A stretch of DNA of 64,000 bases from an uncultured virus (IMG/VR IMGVR_UViG_3300007539_010416) (IMGVR_UViG_3300007539_010416), one strand, 5' to 3'; counted from the stretch's first letter, positions 50,946 to 60,170 are shown. Numbers and translations: made by a program. Notes: generated by a model from the letters alone, not told the origin.

Positions 50946-52205
50946 TTATACTCTACCGTCGCTCATAATGTACCATCTTGCGCCGGCGCCGGCGCCACCG
51001 TCACATATAAGCTGAACGCTTGTCCATGGAGTAGTTATTCTAAAAGTTGCGGCGTTATCAATATATTGACCTGAATAAGCTACTATATCAATATAGTTAG
51101 AATTAGATACTTGATCTTTGCCCTTTATATAAATCTCTCTACCTAGACCGGCGACATCAGCGCGGGGCAAGTTTATTATAAAAGCACCGTTTACATCTAC
51201 TATGATATGATGATCATTTGATTCTACGTTGTAAGGGCCGGGAGCTGTTAGTATCTTAAATCTTCTTTGCACACCGTGATCTGTGTGCATAGTTCCTGAT
51301 ACTACTAGATCGCCTCCGAACAAAGATACACCAGAAATAGCGCTTGGAATTCCTCTACTATCTATCGAGCCAGTTACAGTAAAACCAACATTACCGTCGT
51401 AGCTAGGACCAGAAGAAGGTGCAATTCCTGCTTCATTAGCAACAATAAATTGTCTGGCTTTTCTAAAATTGATATCGTCTGCAGTCGCATCAAATAAAGT
51501 AGCACCTCCTCCAACTGCAGATTTACCGTGAAGTGAGCCTGAAAAGACTACGTCGCCGCCGAAAAATATATTTGTCTGTGTGCCTGCATAGAGTCCTGTT
51601 GTTGCAGCACTTAAAGTACCTAGCTCTGCACGAGCACCACTAAAAAATGTGAAAGCACGAGAATCAGCATTTGAAGCTTCAAAGGTATCGCCTAGCCCTC
51701 CAGCAATAGAAACAGAAGATGTGGTAACAAGAGAATTACCTCTATCAACCCAGTCTACGTCAGATCCTCCGGCGGCTGCACCGCCGCCAAAGTTTGACCA
51801 GCTTCCGCCGTTATTTCTAAATTGCATTGTGCCTGCAGAAGATCTAAAGCCATAACCTCCTACACCTTCTGTGTCTCCAAAATTTAAATATTGAGTACTG
51901 CCTACTGAGTTTGACAAATGCATGTCAAATCCTACAGTTAAAGGTGAACCTCCGTATAAAGTTCCGGATATGACAACATCACCTCCAAAAAGAGTTACAT
52001 CTTCTCTATTGGGTGTTTTTGTACCAGATACAAATAAGAAAACATCTGTACCTACATCGCTTAACATGCTTGCAGGAATTCCACCCTCTTTATTGGTTGC
52101 GACTGAGCCACTATAAATTATGCCGCCTACGCCCTGAGAACCAATACCGCCAGAAAGAATAATCTTGGTTGTTTCTATTTGTGTTGCTCTAAAATCTTTT
52201 GCCAT
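50946..52205 (-). CDS. Tail fibre-like protein with internal FGGDxVxSG repeats
   Basis: Three repeats (LFGGDVVISGT, FFGGDVVFSGS, LFGGDLVVSGT); C-terminal INLP...GREIYIK...SVQLICDG..WYI fibre-tip-like domain. Confidence 0.6.
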   Translation of the reverse strand: MAKDFRATQIETTKIILSGGIGSQGVGGIIYSGSVATNKEGGIPASMLSDVGTDVFLFVSGTKTPNREDVTLFGGDVVISGTLYGGSPLTVGFDMHLSNSVGSTQYLNFGDTEGVGGYGFRSSAGTMQFRNNGGSWSNFGGGAAAGGSDVDWVDRGNSLVTTSSVSIAGGLGDTFEASNADSRAFTFFSGARAELGTLSAATTGLYAGTQTNIFFGGDVVFSGSLHGKSAVGGGATLFDATADDINFRKARQFIVANEAGIAPSSGPSYDGNVGFTVTGSIDSRGIPSAISGVSLFGGDLVVSGTMHTDHGVQRRFKILTAPGPYNVESNDHHIIVDVNGAFIINLPRADVAGLGREIYIKGKDQVSNSNYIDIVAYSGQYIDNAATFRITTPWTSVQLICDGGAGAGARWYIMSDGRV

Positions 52206-52215
52206 AATAAAATCT

Positions 52216-52452
52216 CTAAATTGTTGCCGGTCTTATTATATATGTCACTCTTCCTGTGAATATTGCAGAAAAATTCAATCTTGCAGTTGAAGATGTAATA
52301 TTAGAAGCAAATACGTTTACATCACCATTTGTGGATGCAGAGACAACAGGAGGAGAAGAAAAACCTGCAGATGAAAAATCAATATCAACATAATCAACAC
52401 CAGACACATTGTCAGTACATGTGAATATTGTGAGATAAGGAATAGCGCTCAT
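52216..52452 (-). CDS. Small H-type-lectin-like beta protein
   Basis: FSSPPVV...NITSS...FTGRVTYI; paralog of 52452..52799. Confidence 0.45.
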   Translation of the reverse strand: MSAIPYLTIFTCTDNVSGVDYVDIDFSSAGFSSPPVVSASTNGDVNVFASNITSSTARLNFSAIFTGRVTYIIRPATI

Positions 52453-52799
52453 CAGTCTTGACCTACGATAATAAAGTGCACCCTGCCTGTAAAAGGTGCA
52501 CTAACAGAAATATTAAGTGCAGTTGTTGTTATAGAGGTTATATACGCATTTACATTTGCCTGATTGTTACTTTCTGAATCTACTGAAGTTACTGTTACTA
52601 CAGGTACGTTAGTAAAAGAAACTGTCGAAGGATATGTATAAGTCTCAGGCCCGTCAGAATTTATAAAGTCTACATACCCAGCTATCATTTCAAATTCTTC
52701 ATTTGCACAATATTCGTAAACAGGCTTCTTTCTGATGTACCTGTATACCTTTCGATATCTGTTTTTATCTTTTCTAGTAAACTTATATACTTTTGACAT
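52452..52799 (-). CDS. Small H-type-lectin-like beta protein with basic N-terminus
   Basis: FTNVPVV...SITTT...FTGRVHFI. Confidence 0.45.
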   Translation of the reverse strand: MSKVYKFTRKDKNRYRKVYRYIRKKPVYEYCANEEFEMIAGYVDFINSDGPETYTYPSTVSFTNVPVVTVTSVDSESNNQANVNAYITSITTTALNISVSAPFTGRVHFIIVGQD

Positions 52800-52809
52800 A
52801 TCCTAAACC

Positions 52810-54153
52810 TTAAATGAGTTTTGCTGCTACTGCTGATAAATATGATCTTTCTCCCTTTTTTAGCTTGATATGTGCAGCAACTTTCTCATTTTTAAATTTT
52901 TCAGCAACAATTGTAAGACCATTAGACAAAGAATCTATGTATGGAGTATCAATTTGATCTGTGTCACCCAACAAGACAATCTTTGAATTTTCACCAATTC
53001 TTGTTATGACTGTCTTAATTTCGTGAATTGTGGCATTTTGTGCCTCATCAAAAATCAAGAATGTGTCGCTAAATGTTCTGCCTCTCATATAGGAAAGTGG
53101 AGCAATTTCAATCTTTCCTTTCTCCATCATCATCTCAAAATAAGTAAGATCCTTATCTTTGAAGGCATGCCTAAAGTTGTCCATAATAGGTGACATCCAA
53201 GGCGTCATCTTTTCTTTTAAGTCACCTGGCAAGAATCCAATATCTTTACCTACAGGCTGCACGTTTCTTGTTATAACAATCCTGTCATATTTTCCCTCAT
53301 TAAGACCATGAACAGCTGTCATTAAAGTAATGAAAGTCTTTCCTGATCCTGCCAGCCCAGTGATTGTTACTAAATCTATCTTTTCATCTACTAGCGCATT
53401 TAAAGCGTATAGTTGCTCTCTGTTTCTAGAAGAAAAAGAATAAACAGACTTAAAGTCTTTTTCATTTTTAAGCTTGTGAATCCTGCCTTGCTTATAAACG
53501 CCTAAGAAAGAAGATCTATCGTGTCTAATGCATAAAAATTCATTTTCATGAAATTCTCTTTCAATATAGTCACTAACGTCTTCACAAAGTTCTTTTATTT
53601 CATCTTCAGTTAGATTTTCATTGTAAAGCATATCGATTATTTCTTTTGAGTCTACTTCAATATCCAAGTAACCCTTGTACATTTCATCATCAGACTCTAG
53701 GACTCTATCTCTGTAATAATCTTCTGCTTTTATACCTAAAGCATCACATTTTACTCTAAAGTTGATGTCTTTTGTGACAACAACTGTCTTTCTGTCAGGA
53801 TTATTCTTTTTTGTATATAGAGCACAAGCAATTATCTGATTATCAGCACTTGACTTTTCTAAAAACTGTGGTATTTTATCAAATCCATTTAGTTCTACTC
53901 TTATTGTCTGATCATTGTTACGTATCTTGACTCCTTCATGAAGATTACCTTCTTCTCTTAAATCATCAAGATATCTGTTTACATATCTTGCTGCTTCTCC
54001 AACAACACCTGTCTTGTCTTTGAATCTATCTAGCTCATCTAATACTACAATTGGTATAACAACATCATTCTCAGGAAAGGAATGGATTGATGCTTTATCA
54101 TAAAGTAAAACATTAGTATCTATCACAAAAAGCTTTCTAGTGTTTTCTGACAT
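52810..54153 (-). CDS. phoH: PIN-domain PhoH family ATPase (PhoH2-type)
   Basis: VIDTNVLL...ELD...DN...TKDINFRVK (PIN); GLAGSGKT, GFLPG, MRGRT, DEAQN, GDTDQID. Confidence 0.9.
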   Translation of the reverse strand: MSENTRKLFVIDTNVLLYDKASIHSFPENDVVIPIVVLDELDRFKDKTGVVGEAARYVNRYLDDLREEGNLHEGVKIRNNDQTIRVELNGFDKIPQFLEKSSADNQIIACALYTKKNNPDRKTVVVTKDINFRVKCDALGIKAEDYYRDRVLESDDEMYKGYLDIEVDSKEIIDMLYNENLTEDEIKELCEDVSDYIEREFHENEFLCIRHDRSSFLGVYKQGRIHKLKNEKDFKSVYSFSSRNREQLYALNALVDEKIDLVTITGLAGSGKTFITLMTAVHGLNEGKYDRIVITRNVQPVGKDIGFLPGDLKEKMTPWMSPIMDNFRHAFKDKDLTYFEMMMEKGKIEIAPLSYMRGRTFSDTFLIFDEAQNATIHEIKTVITRIGENSKIVLLGDTDQIDTPYIDSLSNGLTIVAEKFKNEKVAAHIKLKKGERSYLSAVAAKLI

Positions 54154-54164
54154 TTTTCTCCTAG

Positions 54165-54193
54165 TTGTTCTTTACAGAACTTGTGTTTATAAT
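54165..54193 (+). promoter_or_regulatory. Putative sigma70 promoter (TTGTTC-N17-TATAAT) for the sigma region-4 gene
   Basis: -35 at 54165-54170, -10 at 54188-54193; AGGAG RBS before ATG 54221. Confidence 0.5.
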
Positions 54194-54220
54194 ACTAAAT
54201 ATCATGCTTAGGAGTAAAAT

Positions 54221-54451
54221 ATGAAATGCTTTGATTATCACAATAAGACAAAAAAGAGTTGTGAAAAAATTAACTGTAGATACTGGATAGAATGCAAAGA
54301 TGCACAAATGTGTTGTATAAATTTATGCAAAAATAGTTCTAATCTTACATTAGAAGATGTAGGAAAAATATTTGGGGTTACAAGAATGAGAATATGTCAG
54401 ATTGAAAAAGCTGCTATAAAGAAGCTTAACTCTGTAAAGAATAAAATTTAA
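54221..54451 (+). CDS. Stand-alone sigma70 region-4 HTH protein with Cys-rich N-terminus
   Basis: TLEDVGKIFGVTRMRICQIEKAAIKKL closely matches the region 4.2 consensus; seven Cys in the first 36 aa. Confidence 0.8.
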   Translation: MKCFDYHNKTKKSCEKINCRYWIECKDAQMCCINLCKNSSNLTLEDVGKIFGVTRMRICQIEKAAIKKLNSVKNKI

Positions 54452-54474
54452 AAATCTTTCTACGAAAATGAGGG

Positions 54475-54504
54475 AGCCCGGTGGATTTCTCCACCGGGCT
54501 TTCT
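54475..54504. terminator. Intrinsic terminator hairpin between convergent genes
   Basis: Perfect 11 bp stem AGCCCGGTGGA-tttc-TCCACCGGGCT (54475-54500) followed by a short T-rich tail on +. Confidence 0.75.
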
Positions 54505-54530
54505 ATTACTTAAAGACCATTATTATTTGT

Positions 54531-54713
54531 TTATTTATTTAATTCAATTGATTCTCTAACGAGATCGCTCGCTAACTTTTTAGCGTCTCTGAGTCCTCTT
54601 CTAACTCTTAGACCTGCTGACTTATTTCCACCTGAATGTTTTACTACATCATTTCTTAGAGACTCTACTAGAGTCAAAAGTTCTTCAAATCTTTCAATTA
54701 AAGTTTCATTCAT
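54531..54713 (-). CDS. Histone H1-like Hc1-family small protein
   Basis: GNKSAGLRVRRGL motif in a 60 aa helical hairpin; AGGAG RBS. Confidence 0.7.
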   Translation of the reverse strand: MNETLIERFEELLTLVESLRNDVVKHSGGNKSAGLRVRRGLRDAKKLASDLVRESIELNK

Positions 54714-54723
54714 AATATTCTCC

Positions 54724-54972
54724 TTAGACTATGAGTTTTCTCTTTGATTTATTATTATTATCTTCTTCTTCATCATTGTTAAACTTTTCTATAAAAATTT
54801 TCAATACAGTAGTTATATCTTTCATAGCTGTATTGCTTTCTAAAGTCATTGCAATATTAAACATGATATCAATTTTTTGATCTTCTGTTATACCAAAATC
54901 AATTATTTTTTTTGCAATCTCTCTAGCTTCTTGTTTTCTTTTAGCTAGTTTTATACTTTTAATATCAGACAT
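54724..54972 (-). CDS. Hypothetical protein
   Basis: 82 aa ORF in the operon. Confidence 0.5.
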   Translation of the reverse strand: MSDIKSIKLAKRKQEAREIAKKIIDFGITEDQKIDIMFNIAMTLESNTAMKDITTVLKIFIEKFNNDEEEDNNNKSKRKLIV

Positions 54973-55441
54973 TTTTACCTACTAAGATTGTATTAATTTC
55001 TTTATTGAGTATTTTAATCTTATTTTCGCCGTCTATTTGTAAGATTTTAATATTTTCTATTTCACCCACAATAGATCTTTTAACAACTATGGTCTCTCCC
55101 CACCTTTCATTTTCAATAATATCTAAAGCGTGTTCAAAATCTGCAATATCTGATCTATTTGTTGTCAAAACAGAATTAATTCTGTCAGGAAGCATCATCA
55201 TAATATCTTCTATTGTCAATATTGAAGCTATGTCTTCTTTTCCTGGACGAAGTTCAGATTTACAAGCATCATAAACATAATGTAAAGATTCACAATTATT
55301 ACATTTTGCTAGTTTTGGTACAATGTTATTATTTTCATCAAATTTTGAATATACTGGAAACTTATGATTAATTTTGTTTTCAGATTTATCAAATATCTTA
55401 AGAAAACAATGACATTCTATTAGATGCTTTATTCCTTGCAT
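54965..55441 (-). CDS. Hypothetical protein with putative Zn ligands
   Basis: HLIECHC, CNNC...H...C. Confidence 0.5.
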   Translation of the reverse strand: MQGIKHLIECHCFLKIFDKSENKINHKFPVYSKFDENNNIVPKLAKCNNCESLHYVYDACKSELRPGKEDIASILTIEDIMMMLPDRINSVLTTNRSDIADFEHALDIIENERWGETIVVKRSIVGEIENIKILQIDGENKIKILNKEINTILVGKNV

Positions 55442-55443
55442 TA

Positions 55444-55647
55444 TCAGTCAATTGTATTAATAATCTGATTCATTGAACGGTTGTAAGAATCCTGGACTGA
55501 AGTTTCAACTAAGTTTACTAAACTTCTAAGCTGTTCATCATTCAAGTTGAAGTTATTTCTATTTTCAGCGATCTGACTCTGCAGACGTTCTATCATGAAC
55601 CTAACAGTTTGTGTAACAGTTCCCATTACTTTTGCTTGATTTGCCAT
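55444..55647 (-). CDS. Small hypothetical protein
   Basis: ORF with AAGGAG RBS. Confidence 0.5.
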   Translation of the reverse strand: MANQAKVMGTVTQTVRFMIERLQSQIAENRNNFNLNDEQLRSLVNLVETSVQDSYNRSMNQIINTID

Positions 55648-55649
55648 TT

Positions 55650-56900
55650 TCACTCCTTGCCTATTAGCATTTTATCTATATTATAGAATATTTCTTTTGT
55701 TGTGTTAACTTTTTTTAAAACGTATTGATAAATCTCACAAGGTATCATAAGATTTCTTTTGTCAACTGTGATAAGATAATATGGTTTTTTAGAAGTATTT
55801 ATCATTCTAAGAAGATAGTCTATCTCTCTGTTAAACTTTACGTCATTTTTAATTTGTTCAGGAAGATAAATTTTTAAAGACTTAGAATTCATATTTTTAA
55901 TTCTTGTTCTTATTATTTCTGTATTTGCATCAGGAGGAGATTCTTCTATTCTCTTTTCAAGATACTTAATATGTCCTTTTATTTCTTGACTAGACGCTAA
56001 AGATTCTATACTAAATCCTTTCCTGTTGAAAGAAATACTTTTACCTATCTTAAGCTCTTTTCTCATTTCTTGAGAAATTGTCTGTCCTTTCATAGAAGAA
56101 ATAATATCTGATTTATGTAAAAGTGCAATATCATTTAAGATATTAATTGTATCTTCACTTATAGACATTGACACAGGAAATATCTGAGTGATTCTTTTTG
56201 CATTGTTCTGGATGATTACTTGCTTTACTTCGTCAGACATTCCGAAACAAAAAAGAACATGGGGCTCTTTGTTTTGAGCAGCAAAATGAAGCATATGGTG
56301 AATTTCACTAACAGACTCTATATAACCGTCGATAATAGCAAATCGATAATGCTTCATTTCTAAAGAATTTTTGGTTCCTAAAAATGAACAATCATAGTCT
56401 ACTTTGAAAAAGATGTCATCTTCTTTTTTGATTGTTATCCATTCATTATAAGAGTTTTCTAATTCTATTATTCTTTCTGTAGAAGAGTTTTCAACTATCC
56501 ATCTAAATACATTTTTTGCATTTTCGTCTCTGCAGGTAGATATAAATTTATCGTACGTATTTTCTAAAAACAAATTTACTTTTTTATTCATTAAAATTTG
56601 TTTTTCAAAAAACAAATTGAGAAAAGCTTCGCCTAGATAAGGATAAAGTTTCTCACAATTATCAAACTCTCGTTTTAAAATAGACTTAAGTTGGTAATCT
56701 GGCATGAATTCTTTTTTACTAAAGAATTCGTTAAGATAGTTGAGTGAAGAATTATCTACTATCTTTTTACTACTATAAATAGTTGAACTATTTCTCTGAT
56801 AGTTGTCGAAAGACTCTTTTTCTTCTTTTAAGAATCTTTCGACATGATTTCTATCAAATATCTCTATTTTATGAATCTCGCCACAAGTTGTTTGATGCAT
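55650..56900 (-). CDS. Highly divergent GroEL/chaperonin-like protein
   Basis: AIIDGYIESVSEIHHML...KEPHVLFCFGMSDEV resembles the GroEL apical domain; LNDIALL; no GDGTT ATP-binding motif. Confidence 0.5.
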   Translation of the reverse strand: MHQTTCGEIHKIEIFDRNHVERFLKEEKESFDNYQRNSSTIYSSKKIVDNSSLNYLNEFFSKKEFMPDYQLKSILKREFDNCEKLYPYLGEAFLNLFFEKQILMNKKVNLFLENTYDKFISTCRDENAKNVFRWIVENSSTERIIELENSYNEWITIKKEDDIFFKVDYDCSFLGTKNSLEMKHYRFAIIDGYIESVSEIHHMLHFAAQNKEPHVLFCFGMSDEVKQVIIQNNAKRITQIFPVSMSISEDTINILNDIALLHKSDIISSMKGQTISQEMRKELKIGKSISFNRKGFSIESLASSQEIKGHIKYLEKRIEESPPDANTEIIRTRIKNMNSKSLKIYLPEQIKNDVKFNREIDYLLRMINTSKKPYYLITVDKRNLMIPCEIYQYVLKKVNTTKEIFYNIDKMLIGKE

Positions 56901-58803
56901 ATGTTAAGATTTCCTCAGCAGAATGTTCATTATAACCATACTCATCAATTAGCGTTTGTACCATATCTGAGTGCTTCTTTTTCTGCTCATCGTCTCTTGT
57001 CTTAGACTGTGTTACGATTCTTGCGATATCCTTAACTGAATTGATTAAGTATTGCTCAACTGCTTCTTTAAGCGGTCCGTAAGACTTGTAGTTAACCTTT
57101 TCACCACGACGGAGACGGCTAAACATGAAGGCAGTTACATCAGATCTAAATCCATCTCTAGCAGACCCTACGACTCCAATCATTTCTTCAATGGACCGCA
57201 TAAATCTTTCATCAGGTTCAGTTTCTTCTCTTGTGATCTTGTTCTTTACCTTAGACTTTGTAGTGAAAGCTTCAGCATTGTCCATGTAAGAATCAAATAA
57301 ACTCTGTGCTTGCTCATCATAAGCTGTCACAAACGCCTTTGCGATTTCATTTTCAAGAATCTTGAGGTATTCTTCTCTGATCGTACTTTGAATAATCTCT
57401 AAGAATCGTTCTTTCTTGTCATTGTCAATAATCTGCTCATTGACTTGACGAATTAAAGAATCCATAACGTTAATGGGTGTAATCATTTGTGTATCTGAAT
57501 CTGAAAGTGCAGCATCTAGTGACTTCATGATAAATCTTGTGGAAATACCTTCCATTCCTTCATGAACTGCCTCTGCTTTTAGATCCTTAATGTCAACCTT
57601 TTTAACACGACCCTTTTCAATGATATTTTCACCGTTATAGATCTTCATCTTAGTAAGAAGATCACACTTGTTTGAAGGTGTTAAACGACTCATGACTGAG
57701 AACATTGAAGCTATCTTTATAGCATGAGGAGCGATATGTGCACCACGAAAGTCAGATCGATTAATCATTTTTTCGTAAATCTTCTGCTCTTGATCAAGTT
57801 CTAGAACATAAGGGACTTCAATCTTTAGAACACGGTCAAGAATAGCTTCGTTAGTGTGTTCTCCCTTGAACCGGTTCCACTCAGACTCGTTACAATGAGA
57901 AAGAATAACTCCGTCGAAGTAGATCATATCGTTCTTGCCAGGAGAAGGAACTCTCTTTTCCTGTGTCGCTGTCAACATGGTGTGCAAGAATTCGATTTCG
58001 TTCTTGAATACCTCAACAAACTCAACAATTCCGCGGTTTCCAACATTAAAAGCTCCATTTAGTGACAAAACACGAGGATCGTCTTCTGAGTACTTATCAA
58101 GCTTAGAAATGTCTTCAGTTCCGACTAGAAGGCTTACATCTTGTGAGTTTGCATCCATTGGCGGAACAACCGAGATTCCGCGACGGCCGCGTTGTGAGAA
58201 TGAGCTCTCAACAACAGGAAATTTCTCATATTCTCCGTTAAACTCTTCCATTAGTCTGTGACGACAAATTGGACAGAGATCACCTTCAATATGAACTCCA
58301 AGCATCTCTTCAAATTGTGGTCTGAGACTTCTTGGAAGTAAGTGAAGTGGTTCTTCTCTTATTGGGCAGCCCTCGAGGTGATAATGATTATCTGCTTTTT
58401 CTAGGGCACGCTTAACAGAATCAATTAGAGCTGACTTACCTGCTCCGACTGGACCCATTAAGAGAAGAACCTGTCTGCTTTCTTCACCTTTGTGTGCAGC
58501 AGACTTTAAAAATCTTAAAAGCTTATTAATGACTGATTCCATTCCGTAGAATTCTGAAGAAAAATAGTTATATATTCTAAGTTTTTCTCCATTAAAGATA
58601 GGCCTATAACCTTCATTATCAACATCAAGTGTTTCTACACCTTGATTTAGAATAGACTCATAAAGTCTTCTGTGTGCTAGTTTAATGATTCCTGGATCTT
58701 CATTAACTAGGTTTAGGTAGTCTATAAAAGTACCACTAAACTTTTCTGCTTTCTTTTCTTGTCTTTGACTTTTGATTATATCTAAGAAATTTTTGCGTGC
58801 CAT
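56869..58803 (-). CDS. prkA: PrkA/YeaG family AAA+ serine protein kinase
   Basis: GPVGAGKS Walker A; GCPIREEPL; NRGIVEFVEVFK; HCNESEW; EAILDR; EGMEGISTRF; GYNEHSAEEIL. Confidence 0.92.
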   Translation of the reverse strand: MARKNFLDIIKSQRQEKKAEKFSGTFIDYLNLVNEDPGIIKLAHRRLYESILNQGVETLDVDNEGYRPIFNGEKLRIYNYFSSEFYGMESVINKLLRFLKSAAHKGEESRQVLLLMGPVGAGKSALIDSVKRALEKADNHYHLEGCPIREEPLHLLPRSLRPQFEEMLGVHIEGDLCPICRHRLMEEFNGEYEKFPVVESSFSQRGRRGISVVPPMDANSQDVSLLVGTEDISKLDKYSEDDPRVLSLNGAFNVGNRGIVEFVEVFKNEIEFLHTMLTATQEKRVPSPGKNDMIYFDGVILSHCNESEWNRFKGEHTNEAILDRVLKIEVPYVLELDQEQKIYEKMINRSDFRGAHIAPHAIKIASMFSVMSRLTPSNKCDLLTKMKIYNGENIIEKGRVKKVDIKDLKAEAVHEGMEGISTRFIMKSLDAALSDSDTQMITPINVMDSLIRQVNEQIIDNDKKERFLEIIQSTIREEYLKILENEIAKAFVTAYDEQAQSLFDSYMDNAEAFTTKSKVKNKITREETEPDERFMRSIEEMIGVVGSARDGFRSDVTAFMFSRLRRGEKVNYKSYGPLKEAVEQYLINSVKDIARIVTQSKTRDDEQKKKHSDMVQTLIDEYGYNEHSAEEILTYASNNLWRDS

Positions 58804-58850
58804 ATAATCCTCCTTGCTCTTATCATAATATACTGCAGATCAATGTTTAA

Positions 58851-60170
58851 CTATATTTCCCAAACTTCGTCTTCCAAAATTGTAAACAGTCTAACATCGT
58901 CTTTCCATAGATCTTTAACATGATCAACAACTTTTTCAGCATGCTCTAAGTCTAGATCTCTTCCATCATACTCATGTTTAAGTATGAGAGATCCATCTTT
59001 TTCAATTCTTTCAACATATATTTGAGGAATACTTCCTACACCAATGCTCTTTAGCATATCTTGCTTAATAACTTTCCAATCTTCATCATCGGCGACTTCT
59101 GATATTTGTATTTCTCCGCCTTTGTTCCTGACATAAGAAAATATATTTAGTTCTCTTATGTCTTCTTCTTCTAAGAATATTCTACATGCTGATACATCAT
59201 CATGAATTTCTCTTACTTCAAAGCATGCTTCTAAGCCTAGCTCTCTTTCTATTTTCTGGAAAATGTAAAATCCGATATGATAGGGATTTAAACCTCCAAT
59301 ATGTGGTCTGACAACTGCATTATGAAGCTTAAGAAAAGGAATGTGAAATTTATCTTCTAAGTTTAGATCATGAAGTATCTTATAGTGCCAGAAGCTAGCC
59401 CAGCCCTCATTTAGAATTTTGGTCTTGATCTGAGGGATGAAGTATAGAGATTCTCTATGCATGATATCTAGGATATCAAGTTGCCAGTCTTTAAATCTGT
59501 TCTTACCGTATTCTTGGAAAAAAGCAAATAGGTCATAATCAGGTCTTAGTAATTTGTTTTCTAATTGACTTTGGTCCAGATTTATACCTACATCTTTAAG
59601 CTTATTGTATCTTTCTATCTCGGATGCTTTTATTTCTTTTTTAGACTTTCTAGGAATACCGTATCTATTAGTCTGAAATGCAATGGCTTCTAGATTGTCA
59701 ATAAATTTTTCTACTTTATCTATTCCTATCTCAGTATTTTCTACGTATCCTTGAATTCTCTTCTTAGCATTTCTCATTCTGGGCACTACGTTTTTTGGAT
59801 CTGTGTCTTTAAAGCATCTATTATTTTTAAAGAAGTCACTATGACCTACGCAGTGTGCCATAATTAGAATCTGAAGAAATAGCTCATTCTGCCGCATTAG
59901 ATAAGCGATACTTGGGTCGCTATTAATAATAAGTTCATAAGGGAGTCCAGAAGCACCTGCATTGTACATGAAATGTGTTCTTTCAAATGACTTACCGTAA
60001 GACCAGTGATTAAAGTGAGAAGGCATGCCGTGATAAGACATGTGCCCTATCATCTCGTAATAGTCACATACTTCATAGTCAATAGGAAACCAGTCTAGAC
60101 CGTACCCTTTTGCTACTTCGCATATCTTATCGTCCCATTCTTTTAGTTGACTCAAAGACCAATCAGACAT
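58851..60170 (-). CDS. spoVR: SpoVR/YcgB family protein
   Basis: HWSYGKSFE, YELIINSDP, AHCVGHSDFFKNN, TKILNEGWASFWH, NPYHIG. Confidence 0.92.
   Translation of the reverse strand: MSDWSLSQLKEWDDKICEVAKGYGLDWFPIDYEVCDYYEMIGHMSYHGMPSHFNHWSYGKSFERTHFMYNAGASGLPYELIINSDPSIAYLMRQNELFLQILIMAHCVGHSDFFKNNRCFKDTDPKNVVPRMRNAKKRIQGYVENTEIGIDKVEKFIDNLEAIAFQTNRYGIPRKSKKEIKASEIERYNKLKDVGINLDQSQLENKLLRPDYDLFAFFQEYGKNRFKDWQLDILDIMHRESLYFIPQIKTKILNEGWASFWHYKILHDLNLEDKFHIPFLKLHNAVVRPHIGGLNPYHIGFYIFQKIERELGLEACFEVREIHDDVSACRIFLEEEDIRELNIFSYVRNKGGEIQISEVADDEDWKVIKQDMLKSIGVGSIPQIYVERIEKDGSLILKHEYDGRDLDLEHAEKVVDHVKDLWKDDVRLFTILEDEVWEI

Noticed and set aside
50980..50996. GC-rich short repeat/palindrome gcgccggcgccggcgc
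   Set aside because: Explained by Gly-Ala codons (GGAGAGA) in the fibre gene
54452..54530. tRNA or ncRNA in the intergenic gap
   Set aside because: Only a single hairpin, no cloverleaf; best explained as a terminator
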